A DNA stretch of 64,000 nucleotides from Octopus vulgaris (lineage: Eukaryota), in NCBI GenBank assembly GCA_951406725.2, contig OX597831.1, positions 7,254,001 to 7,318,000 of the forward strand, written 5' to 3'. The position numbers and the translations under genes are program-made. Under the pieces are notes generated by a model. It saw nothing but the letters and a program-made list of their open reading frames with translations. It made no database searches and was not told the DNA's origin. Below are positions 26,977 through 37,690 of this stretch, one piece after another (position 1 is the first letter of the stretch; each line of letters opens with the position of its first letter).

Positions 26977-29676
26977 ACTGTTTTCGTTCCAGCATACGAT
27001 CTCAGATCAAGTCACTTGCTATGCAAGTACATTTCTGTAACATTTAACAAAGAAAAGAGGTATAATAACAGTAAAACAAAACTGTACTATTTCCTATCTC
27101 TTTTACACTTTTTAGCAACTCTTGATTAATTCTATAATCTTTTATAATAATAACTGGGCAAGTCTCTCACAGGAGTAAGACGATCCTTCTGACGGATGGG
27201 TAAATACATAATTTCATTCTCTCATGCATGACAAGATAATTCCTAGTAAAGTTTACAGCACACAACCTCTTAACATTGCTTCAGATGATGTTTAGCTCTT
27301 CATAACATTTCAAAAACGCTAGATGTAAAGGAAAGCCAAAGAAATACTAAAGCAGCCCAGAATATGGAATTAATATTTTCTGTAACCCAGACAATGGAAT
27401 CAGAGCTGGAAATGGTTAAAGTAAGAGAATAAGTAAATCAGGAAGGAGAAAGGAAGAAAGAAGTTTAAAGAGCAGTTACTATGACATGAGCAGAGGTTTG
27501 ATCAGTTATGGATGTGTTGGAGGCTAAACAACAATCAACCGTTTAGCATTCAGGTTACTGACAAATGTTTTGCTTATTTATTCACATGTAAAAAAAAAAA
27601 AAAAATTAATTATGTATTATTTTGTGGCTTAGAGATTTCAAAAATGTGACAGTTTATTTTTAGAATGACATTGTATGGTAGGTGTGAGGAGCTGGATCTG
27701 GTTAGTTTGAACATAAAGTAAGTAGAATATTTGGGTTGGATATGGCTGGATTAAAAGCTAATGGATTAATGGTTTGTTTTTTTACCTCTCTCTCTTGTGA
27801 AAAACAAATTTTATTAACCATGTAATTAGGAAAGTGATGCAACTTGGAAATGAAACAGGGTTACTGAAAACAGAAAATCTGTAAAGTCTAGGGAGAAATA
27901 AATAAAGTACAGCTCATTGGATGAGATGACATGTGAAGAGACAGAGCATAAGGAAACCGAGAGTTGGTCTGGACATGAGATGTGAATGGACAACAAGTGT
28001 TGACTGAAAACCACCCTGTACTAACTGTTGTATGTAGCTGTGGCACAGAGAAATGGAACAAGAAATGAGAAAAAAAAAGGATAAAGTCGGAAGTTCAAAT
28101 ATAGGATAGCAAAAATCAAGATGGTGTGATGCTGTAAGGGACATGTGAAACCCATACCAGCATGACAAAAAAGGCATCAAAACGATAATAATGATTGATA
28201 TAAGTAAGGATTATCAACAATGTTCACATTTGTTCTAATAGTACCAATATCTGAGATACTGGAAAACCTCTCCAATCAACAAAATCTGACACATTCAGAA
28301 ACAGGAGAAAAAAAAAAAAAGTTGCTTGAATAAGCAAACCCCTTCTTTGCTACCACTTTTGATTTGATAAGAGCCAATGAAGGCACCTGAACCTGCTGGA
28401 AATAACAGCCAAATCTCCCACTACCTTGTAAAAGGAAATAAACACTGAATTATGTACACACACACACACATATATATAATCACCATGACCAACCAGGCTA
28501 TCAGATGTTGCTACACATTGCTGGTCACAATGTTGATGATGATGATGATGAATGTGCGTTTTCGCTCAATAAACACTCACAATGCTCGGTCTGTGAATCG
28601 AAACTGCGATCCTACGACCGCGAGTTCGCTGCCCTAACCACTAGGCCATTGCGCCTCCACACATACACACACACATATATATAAAGGATAGGAGTATGTG
28701 AAAAGTTGTTTAATAAATATAGATTATTGTTCAGACCAGATCAAGTAGCTGTGATGTTAGAGTATAAACTTCCCAGATATCAACCTTTATATATGAAGAA
28801 CTACCATGGACTTTAGTTTCCCTATTGTTGTCTTGCTTTTCTGCTTATTATTTATTTATGTTCACTTCTCTGTAACTAATTCACAAATGCTTTGATGACA
28901 TTAATAACTGCCACTATATATCACATGTACAAAATGTTCTATGCCTGCATAAAAGATGGGATGGTCACAAATGGACAAATGGAATGCTTTTCATCACAAG
29001 TCTGCTCTCTCAGAGCAGATACAGACAATCGTTTTTTGAAAAATTGTTTCTGACATCATCACAATAACATTCACTTTTCTAAACTTTCAGACTCCATTGA
29101 TCTTACTTTCTCTTAATCATCCCCCACCCTGCAACAGATAATTTTTCACTAATATAAATCCTGTACCAATTCCTCAGAACCACTCAATGAACCTGAAATC
29201 ACCTTCCTAACTGGCTAATACTATTATTCCACGATCCTTATCTAAGTTCAGCCAGCCAAGTTGAAACATAAGAAAGATCAGAAAAATACCAAATTCATAA
29301 AACCAGAGTTTCAAAAGTCCCAACCCAAGGACAAACTTTTAAAGACAACTCCCCACTCTCACACATTATCAAAAAATTAAGAGAATTTCAATTATGAAAC
29401 AGTCTTATCTTGCACCTCCTTATCACAATCATCTGTTTCAAGATTACAATGGGATTAAGCTAATATGTGTTGGAGATTATTCCATGCCATTTATGAAGCT
29501 TGGATGTTTCTGAACAGCTTCTCTGTATTTGTCTTATAATCTGTCAAAAGTCTCTTTACTTTCACCTTAGCCAATATCTCTTCAGTATCACACATCAAGC
29601 TTCCCCTTTCTTTATTCGTTTCCATTATGTTTCTAATTAGTTGACATAAATTTGGTTTTCTAAATGCGAAACTCAC

Positions 29677-29815
29677 CCGTCAACATTTAGTCTTCCAACA
29701 ATTTCCCTTACTGTAACAATGAGGCTTTCATTTTCTTGAGGAGCTTCCAGAATGATGCAATGCAATTTCGCCATATAAGAATCAATAGTTTCTAGTGTGG
29801 GTACTTCGTTGGTTC
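29677..29815 (-). CDS. HMG20A: HMG20A/B-like exon 9 (G-TNEVPTLETIDSYMAKLHCIILEAPQENESLIVTVREIVGRLNVD-GG)
   Basis: ExPTxxTIDSYMxxLHxII...PQxNE...TVRE matches the HMG20 C-terminus. Acceptor tgtttccag. Ends at GG|GTGAGT, which also reads GGG TGA if unspliced. Confidence 0.93.
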
Positions 29816-29959
29816 CTGGAAACAACAGAAGAAGAACATTATGACAAAATATAGAAAATAGTCAAAAAGTTTGCATCAAATTGCATGAAATAATATAAAT
29901 TGTATTTCGTTTTTGGATTTGGTTTGCAAGATTCTTTATATGAGTTCGTGTGTTGAAGC

Positions 29960-30216
29960 ATATTCTGTTGTGTCTGGGGAGAGTCTTTTTCTTTTTGTGT
30001 CTTATTATTTAACGCACTCACCGGTAAAATTTCCACTTTTTTCTTATTTTTATTGTCCTAAAATTTTCCAGAGTCAAAATTATTGAAAAGGTTGCAAGAC
30101 GCAACGAAAATTTTAGGACAATAAAAATAAGAAAAAAAAGTGGAAATTTTACCGGTGAGTGTGTTAGATTATAAAGCACAAAAAGAAAATGACTCTCCCC
30201 AGACACAACAGAATAT
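29960..30216. mobile_element. Fold-back element: about 110-bp inverted arms with a 37-nt spacer, inside the intron between HMG20 exons 8 and 9
   Basis: ATATTCTGTTGTGTCTGGGGAGAGTC...AAATTTTC (29960-30068) mirrors GAAAATTT...GACTCTCCCCAGACACAACAGAATAT (30106-30216). Confidence 0.85.
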
Positions 30217-30747
30217 AAATTGTGTTGTTTATCAAAAACAATTCAAAGTTAAAATAATACATATTAAGAAAGGAGGGGGAATGATACAGTAGTAAGAAGG
30301 GAGGTAACCAAAAACTGACAATTTTCTATTTTGATGGTTTAGTGAGAAAGAAGGGGATTAGCTCACAGAGCAGAGAGTCAAGCCAAAGACACGCAACGGA
30401 ATTGACTCAATGAAAGGTATTGAAAGGGATGGTGGTGTTGAAGCAGATGATGGATTAAATCTACCATCCAAAAACAACAACTGTCCCTTCGACGGACTGA
30501 CACACCATTTTCTTCTAAATTTCAGTTTCAAGCTTATGGGAGATCAAACCTGAAACTAGGCAATGATGAAGTAAGAATATTTTTTATTTATAAAGTATTT
30601 AATTTGAAATAAGATTTATTAAAGTTAGGCTTTACATATAATACAGTTTAACAACAATACTGCCACCCTGACCATCAGGTTTTAGTATTAAGGTATTTTA
30701 CTTTAAAACAAGAAAAATCAATAAAAAGAAATTTGACAGAATTTTAC

Positions 30748-30963
30748 CTGGCAATCGCACATTTGCAAAGTTAGTTGTCAAAATTGTACGAAGTGTATTT
30801 AGGTGACACTGGAGAGCCATATTGTGGTTTCTTTGTTGTACAGCTTCCAATTCAAGTTTCTCTATAGCATGTTTCATGTTTTCGATATGTTTACTTAGAA
30901 TAGCATTTTGTTCTTCTAGTTCGGTGGTCTGCTTCCGTAGCTGCCGTAATTCTTGTTCACGTG
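30748..30963 (-). CDS. HMG20A: HMG20A/B-like exon 8: coiled coil (T-REQELRQLRKQTTELEEQNAILSKHIENMK...FANVRLP)
   Basis: RExELRQLRK...EEQNAxLxKH coiled coil as in HMG20A/B. Canonical AG/GT boundaries, phase 1 to 1. Confidence 0.95.
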
Positions 30964-31118
30964 CTGAAAACAAAAGGTAAAACCAAGGAAATTAATTTCA
31001 AAATAAAACTTAAAACCGAATTTGAAGTAATTCGATGTTTGTATATTTTCTTTAACATCAAAATGGAACAATGTTGACAATCTTTTAAGAATTCATGAAA
31101 TAATTTTAAAATAATTAC

Positions 31119-31194
31119 TTTTATTATGATCCAGAAATTCTTCAGTAAAAATAGGAATATCAAACGTTCCATAATCCTCTTCATCCTTTTCAGG
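31119..31194 (-). CDS. HMG20A: HMG20A/B-like exon 7 (PEKDEEDYGTFDIPIFTEEFLDHNK)
   Basis: The FDIPIFTEEFLxHxK motif is characteristic of HMG20 proteins. Acceptor ttacag, donor A|GTAATT. Confidence 0.93.
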
Positions 31195-31770
31195 CTGTAA
31201 TGGATAAAGATTAAAGATTAACATGAAGTCTTCCAATAATAAATATATAACCTTTAGCTGTTCAGTAAATGCCTATTATAAATTCCAGCAAACAACAGGT
31301 GCACGGCAACTGATAAACTACAAGACTTTTTACTCGCAAATATTTCGTTTCTTGTTCTGTGCTCCAGAAAATATAATAATTCTATTTAATCAATGTTTAC
31401 TTCAACGAAAAATAAGGGCATCTTCTTTCTACTCCCCACTCAAAGTGCTAGACATTGGTAACTAGCAGTAAAATAGGTCATTTCATAGAAATCGCTCAAG
31501 TCACAATCACATCTATCTCACAGACTACAACATTCCAGAGCATTCACATCCTTTTTGTTTTGCTTAATTCTCTCTCATGCTTCAGATGAATAAATTCAAT
31601 ACTTTTGCATTTTTTGATGTTGAATCACAAGAAAAAAACAAGAAAAAGTGACACGGCCAGAATTAATGTAGAGTTTTGGCCTTACAAAGTTGATGTTGAA
31701 AGGAATCTACTGCCAAAACACACACAAACTCAGCTTGGATTAAAAGCTAAGCAATATAAATACTTCCATG

Positions 31771-32007
31771 GGTTAAGGCGGCAAGCTGGCAGAACTGTTA
31801 GCATGCCAGGCGAAATGTGTAGCCATATTTCGTCTGCCGTTACGCTCTGAGTTCAAATTCCGCTGAGGTCGACTTTGCCTTTCATCCTTTCGGGGTCAAT
31901 AAATTAAGTACCAGTTACGCACTGGGGTTGATGCAATCGACTTAATCCGTTTGTCTGTCCTTGTTTGTCCCCTCTATGTTTAGCCCCTTGTGGGTAATAA
32001 AGAAACA
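31771..32007 (+). mobile_element. tRNA-derived SINE family C with an 18-bp target-site duplication
   Basis: GAGTTCAAATTCC B box, central CCTTTCATCCTTTCGGGGTC.ATAAA..AAGTACCAG domain, TSD AATATAAATACTTCCATG at 31753-31770 and 32008-32025. Confidence 0.9.
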
Positions 32008-32038
32008 AATATAAATACTTCCATGAAATTGTATTTAC

Positions 32039-32085
32039 CTGTAGAGCAGAACCATTTTGACCATCATAATCTTCTCTTATATCAC
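32039..32085 (-). CDS. HMG20A: HMG20A/B-like exon 6 (47 nt linker; S-DIREDYDGQNGSALQ)
   Basis: Acceptor ttcttttccag, donor CAG|GTAAAT. Phase 1 to 0 fits both neighbours. Confidence 0.82.
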
Positions 32086-33059
32086 CTGGAAAAGAAATAT
32101 TATTTTTATTTTTGTATATTCTCATGTGTTGAGAAAGAACAATGACAGTAACATTATTTTTACCTTTGCCAGGGACATCACAACAGAAACTTGGTCTTGG
32201 ATTTAATTTGTCAAGTTAGCTGTATACAACATGTAATAAGTACCCATGCTGGTGAGATATAAAAGGCACCCATGCCAGTGACATGTGAAAGACACCCACT
32301 ACATTCTGTAAAGTGGTTGGTGCTAGGAAGGGCATCTAGCTGTAGAAATCAATCCAAAACTGTTTGGAACCAGGTGCAGCCCTCTAGTTTACCAACTTCG
32401 GTCAAACCATCTAACCCATGCCAGCATGGAAAACAAACATTAAATGATGATGATAATGAAGAGAAAGTAATTAAATAAGTAAAACCATCGAAATCGATCA
32501 AAAATCAATGGAAATTGCAGTTGTGATACCAGTGCCATTTATATAATGGAAATGTAAATGTATTTGTAGGAAGCCTTCCATCTTTAATTCCTTAAAAGAA
32601 ATGTCACCTTTTCTAACTTATTTTATTAATCTCTTCTGCTGAGCCACTAAATTACAGGGATTTAAACATACCACACTGGTTGACAAGCAGTGGTGGTGGT
32701 GGTGGTGGTGGGCAAATACAGACACACACACACACACATATATATATGATAGGTTTCTTTCAGTTCCCATCTATCAAATCAACTCACAAAGCTTTGGTCA
32801 ACCCGAGGCTATAGTAGAAGACATTTACCATGCAGTGAGACTGAACCCAGAACCATCTGGTTGGGAGGCAAACTTCTTACTGCACAGTTATGAAGAAAAA
32901 GTATTTAATTTTAACTTGACATAATTATTTTTTAATCAATATTATTTCATCCAAGGAGTGTTTTTAACTATAAAATTATTGAATATTACATAAATTCCAG
33001 ACCAACTCTTCTTCAAAGACTTAAGGAGAATATCCATTATTATTTTAAATATTTTTAAT

Positions 33060-33395
33060 TGTAGTTGTGATATCTGTGCCGGTGGCATGCGAAAAGACCA
33101 TCCGAACGTGGCCGATGCCAGCACCGCCTTGACTGGCTTCTGTGCCGGTGGCACGTAGAAAGTACCAACCGATCGTAGCTGTCTCCAGCCTCCCCTGGCA
33201 CCTGTGCTGGTGGCACGTAAAAAGCACCCACTACACTCACGGAGTGGTTGGCGTTAGGAAGGGCATCCAGCTGTAGAAACACTGCCAGATCAGACTGGAG
33301 CTTGGTGCAGCCTCCTGGCTTCCCAGACCCTGGTCGAACCGTCCAACCCATGCTAGCATGGAAAGCGGGCGTTAAACGACGATGATGATGATGAT
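33060..33395 (+). mobile_element. Retroposon family B with (GAT)n tail and internal tandem GGCACGTAAAAAGCACC modules (same orientation: 25245-25592, 32245-32455, 40825-41145, 61840-62030)
   Basis: Conserved 3' block GTTAGGAAGGGCATCCAGCTGTAGAAAC...CCATGCTAGCATGGAAAGCGG.CGTTAAACGATGATG. Confidence 0.88.
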
Positions 33396-33781
33396 TTTCA
33401 GAATATTTACATGAGATATAATAAAAAAATATATAGCAATTGCTGTATTATGAGCACATTGCTATTTGCATCAGTTTGTTTGGGTGATAAACAGCTTCCC
33501 TATTTTAAAGGTTATTGAAAGGTATCCAGCCGCAAATTGAAAGATGATGTAATACACATCATCACCATTCTTTTGTGTCTGATTTTCCATGCTGGCATCA
33601 AGTTGGACAGGTTTCACAACATCTTCCCTATTTGTCATGTTTGTTCATCATCTGAAAAACCACCAATCGTTGTTGTTGTTGTGACAAGCTTGCTGGATAG
33701 CCTTCCCCATTCATTGCCAGCCACCTTACACTATGGCTGGCATATTTCATTTAATCTGCAAGGATTAAAGATTTTCCTTTA

Positions 33782-34289
33782 TCTATATATATAAAACTCT
33801 AGTTGTGTGTGCTGTCTGTCTCCTACGATTTAGATTCCTAACTCCTCCCACATTTTGCAGTGCAGTTTAACCAAATTCGAGTATCTTATAGTCGTGATTC
33901 ATATCGAGCCCGTCTGACTATTAGCGCGCGTCTACGATGAGTCTACGATTTTAAAAATAATTTAACATTTTTTATTCCATTTTAATGCATAATTTTTCGT
34001 GTGTCGATGGCGGCGGAGTTGGCGTCCACGCTCACAGCTGCACCTGTTTGCTTCTCCCCCTTCCCTCCCTCGTGAAGCTGTGGGGAAGGGAGTGTAAAGA
34101 AATCAACGTCGTAATGCGTTGTCAAGGAGACCAGCGTTCTTTTAGAACAACGACTTCATGGCTTGAAGACACCAAAACAGAAATGGCTAAGAAAGCCCGA
34201 ATTGGCATCTATAAGGGAAGTAACTCTCTAAAAATGCTTATATAGTTATTTCCCTTACAAACCCGAGCAACGCCGGGCGATACTGCTAG
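33782..34289 (+). mobile_element. Non-autonomous Helitron
   Basis: A|TCTATATATATAAAA 5' end, 3' hairpin CCCGAGCAACGCCGGG then CTAG|T, AT insertion site with no TSD. Confidence 0.8.
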
Positions 34290-34624
34290 TTCTGTATAAA
34301 TCTTTAGTCTGTTACTGCTCACCTTTATTCAAGGTTACTCAGTCCACATCTTGTCTTTAAACCTGTGAAAACTAATCATAGCTTTCCTAAAACCAAAAAA
34401 TAATGTAAAAGAAACTACACACAACTGTCTCTCATGTAATTAGCAAAACTATTAATTTATGGTAATCAATCAATATATGGTTCAAGCCTCATTAGTACGC
34501 CTGTTTCGTGTTTCTGTTTGCTTTGAATATATTTGTCTTACTAATTTAGGACTTGAATTTTTAACCAAACATTTTATTTTGTTCTTGGAAACAACCTTCT
34601 GGCAGGATAAATAAATTGCCTTAC

Positions 34625-34739
34625 TTTTTAATTTTTTTTCCTTTTGGAGTTTAAATAATTTATATGCATCTGTCTTTTGGTAAGCTTCCATATCTCGTAA
34701 ATATCGTTCTTTGTCCTTCTCTGCATCGTCAAGGTATCG
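34625..34739 (-). CDS. HMG20A: HMG20A/B-like exon 5: HMG box helix 3 (RYLDDAEKDKERYLRDMEAYQKTDAYKLFKLQKEKKLK)
   Basis: RYLDxAExDKERYxxExxxYQxTxAY-type motif. Acceptor tttctttacag, donor A|GTAAGG. Confidence 0.95.
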
Positions 34740-34896
34740 CTGTAAAGAAAAGAAACCAATAAGCACAAGGAACTATGGAACTGGTATCGAGAGAAATATT
34801 CTGTTTTGGTACAATTTTCTTTCTTTACTGACACTGATAAAAGCATGCAAATGTGGATAACAATAAAATGCAATAAAACAATATTAATATATATAT

Positions 34897-35126
34897 TTCT
34901 TTATTGCCCACAAGGGGCTAAACATAGAGGGGACAAACAAGGACAGACAAACGGATTAAGTCGGTTACATCGACCCCAGTGCGTAACTGGTACTTTATTT
35001 ATCGACCTCGAAAGGATAAAAGGTAAAGTCGACCTCGGCGGAATTTGAACTCAGAACGTAATGGCAGACGTAATACGAATATGCATTTTGCCCGGCGTGC
35101 TAACGTTTCTGCCAGCTCGCCGCCTT
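34897..35126 (-). mobile_element. SINE family C copy (others: + 1522-1745, 54142-54330; - 51155-51330, 56996-57217 with TSD, 59655-59850)
   Basis: Reverse complement of 31771-32007 at high identity. Confidence 0.9.
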
Positions 35127-35437
35127 TTAATATTAATATATATGATGATAGAAAGGTAACAATAAACTAATTTGACAGTTTTCTATTCACTAAGCACAAC
35201 ATTTGCTTTAAAACAAACTGGAACATGAACAACCCACATTAAGAAAAAGAAGAGATAAAGGAAAAAATTAGAAGTATAAGACTATTGGTGGTTGAGTGTT
35301 CCAAAGATGTTGGGTGAAAATGGATTTAATTCAATCAGTCGACCATTACTGATATAGAACAAGATTTGTCATATTGTTAATGATAAAAATAATACATTTA
35401 ATTTCTAAATCTTTCGTTGGCATAACAGAATTGAATA

Positions 35438-35815
35438 GGCGCAGGAGTGGCTGTGTGGTAGGTAGCTTGTTTACCAACCACATGGTTCCGGGTTCAGTCC
35501 CACTGCGTGGCACCTTGGGCAAGTGTCTTCTACTATAGCCTCGGGCCGACCAAAGCCTTGTGAGTGGATTTGGTAGACGGAAACTGAAAGAAGCCCATCG
35601 TATATATGTGTGTGTGTGTGTTTGTGTCTGTCCTCCTAGCATTGCTTGACAACCGATGCTGGTGTGTTTATGTCCCCGTTACTTAGCTGTTCGGCAAAAG
35701 AGACCGATAGAATAAGTACTGGGCTTACAAAAGAATAAGTCCCGGGGTCGAGTTGTTCGATTAAAGGCGGTGCTCCAGCATGGCCGCAGTCAAATGACTG
35801 AAACAAGTAAAAGAA
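35438..35815 (+). mobile_element. tRNA-derived SINE family A, full length (other copies: + 6810-7215, 7672-8065, 54507-54795; - 4488-4995, 15870-16247, 32615-32885, 44610-44835)
   Basis: Pol III A/B-box head TGGCTGTGTGG...GGTTCAGTCC, internal (TA/TG)n, A-rich tail, many dispersed copies. Confidence 0.9.
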
Positions 35816-35854
35816 TAAAAAAAATTAATAAAAAAAACCAATTAAATGGCTTAC

Positions 35855-36061
35855 CTGTTTTTCTCGTGGTGCCAGTTTAGACCATTCACCACCAAGCTGT
35901 CTGGTTATTTCAGAAAACGAGAGATTTGGATTCTCCTGGCGCAACTTTTCTCGTCGCTCATTCAAAAAACGTACATAACCAGTTAAGGGCTGCTTTGGAG
36001 CATTTTTATCTTTCATTGTTGCTTTCCTTTTTTTACCTTTAGTCCAACCAGGTTTCTTCTT
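35855..36061 (-). CDS. HMG20A: HMG20A/B-like exon 4: basic region and N-terminal HMG box ([13 protein letters not shown]...[19 protein letters not shown]...[14 protein letters not shown])
   Basis: The GWxKGKKRK and [18 protein letters not shown] motifs are typical of the HMG20 family. Acceptor tttcggcag, donor CAG|GTAAGC. Confidence 0.95.
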
Positions 36062-37082
36062 CTGCCGAAATAAAAGCAAAATTAGCAAAGAACAAACTAA
36101 CATGCTTAACGTGAATAATTTAGGAGAATTAAGGTTATCAATAACGATAATAATAGGATATCTAGATACGAGAGTAGCAAGTTAGCAGAAACAATGTACA
36201 GGACTGAATAGTTTATGCGATTTCGTTTCAACAGGTTGCTGGTGGTAAAGGATGTAGAGTTATGATGTTGCTTGGGCAAACACATGGTTCCAAGGTGAGT
36301 CCTTATTGTATTGCAACTTAGGGGTCTTGTGTTGGTTAACGGATGCCTCCTGAATGAAACTGAAAAGACTAAATGGAAACAACTCCATGGAAGCGCCATA
36401 CGCACAGATACAGATGTGGTGGTATGCTTTTAATCCACAGGTATCAAAGGACTTCAAAATAGTAAATTATTTACCTCCAAATCAACATCAACTTCTATGT
36501 TTTGCCATGAATGTACATGTGAGACAAGTCAATATACAGATATCGGGGTCGGAGTTTGAAATATCTCTTAGCATAAACACTGTTTTTGTTTTCCATTTTA
36601 CATCCAATATTTATGCTGGTGTAACTGAATGATTCTGCATATATGTTGTTTATTGATGTTCTTTGCATAAGGACAGGGATTAGATGAGCCTTTCCATTTA
36701 CTAAGCGTTCTATCACAAAATGGAATTATATGTATTTTGTACTGAGATAGGTTCGGGTTCAACCACACACAATTTAATGCTTCACTTGAATAGACTATAT
36801 CAGCAGTAACAGAGTGCTAAACCTTAACAGCTAACTCAAAGCTATATCTATAAAGGGTATTCGGGTATTCAACAAAGTTTATTTTCTGTAATGTTTTGTT
36901 CAACATATTCTTATCTATTTTTGTGTGTGTTGTTCTTAAAAACGTCGATATAGATATAAATCCAGTTTATAAGCAACCAATAAACTAAGTGTTCTACAGA
37001 AACATTGACTGTCAAACCGTAAATTATAGCACTGAGTTTTTATGTAAGAATCTAATCTATAGCATTATTAAAAAATTCTTAC

Positions 37083-37138
37083 GTCATGAGAATCCTGCAT
37101 GTCAGGTCCCAGTTGGCTCTCATCTTTCTGAAGCATGG
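37083..37138 (-). CDS. HMG20A: HMG20A/B-like coding exon 3 (56 nt; A-MLQKDESQLGPDMQDSHD)
   Basis: Acceptor tttgctattttatag, donor GAC|GTAAGA. Phase 1 in and phase 0 out bridges exon 2 to the HMG-box exon exactly. Confidence 0.78.
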
Positions 37139-37645
37139 CTATAAAATAGCAAATACAATATTTTAAATCAGTAACACCATATACTTATTAGAAGAGCACA
37201 GACTATATTTGAAACTATATTTAAAAGTGAAATGCTTTACAACTCTGCAGTTTATCTAATACATATATACACATAAATTAATATACATTTATATTATTCT
37301 GAATCATTAAATTATGGAAAGAAGTTTTTAAAACAGGATACTTAAAACTATCGTAATTCTTCTGAATGCTCTGGATGCTAAATCTACAGATCAAGTGTTC
37401 AAACCACATTGGTGAGACCATTTTCTAGTGGTACTCTCTGATTTGGTTAGAACATAATTGGGTTTTCAATGGCACTAGCTGTGAGCATTTGTTATATCTT
37501 CATAGCAGTCAGTTGAAATTCCAATAGGGTCAACTTGCTTTCTGTTCTTTAAGGGAAAAATTTAGGGACATGACTAGCAGCTACTCTTACTAAAAAATAC
37601 TAGCTAGAAGAAAAAAAAAGTTTTAGAGTTACACAGCTCTCTCTC

Positions 37646-37690
<45 letters not shown>

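Noticed and set aside
33985-34245. Apparent duplicated small gene (86/87 aa, also 59217-59480)
   Set aside because: Both ORFs lie inside copies of a non-autonomous Helitron and have no recognisable domain.
36106-36405. 99-aa ORF with a good acceptor at 36360, just upstream of the HMG-box exon
   Set aside because: No convincing donor, and the gene model is already phase-complete through exon 37083-37138.
37365-37420. tRNA-like fragment (GTTCAAACC...CCA)
   Set aside because: No D-arm or acceptor pairing could be built. It is probably a decayed SINE head.
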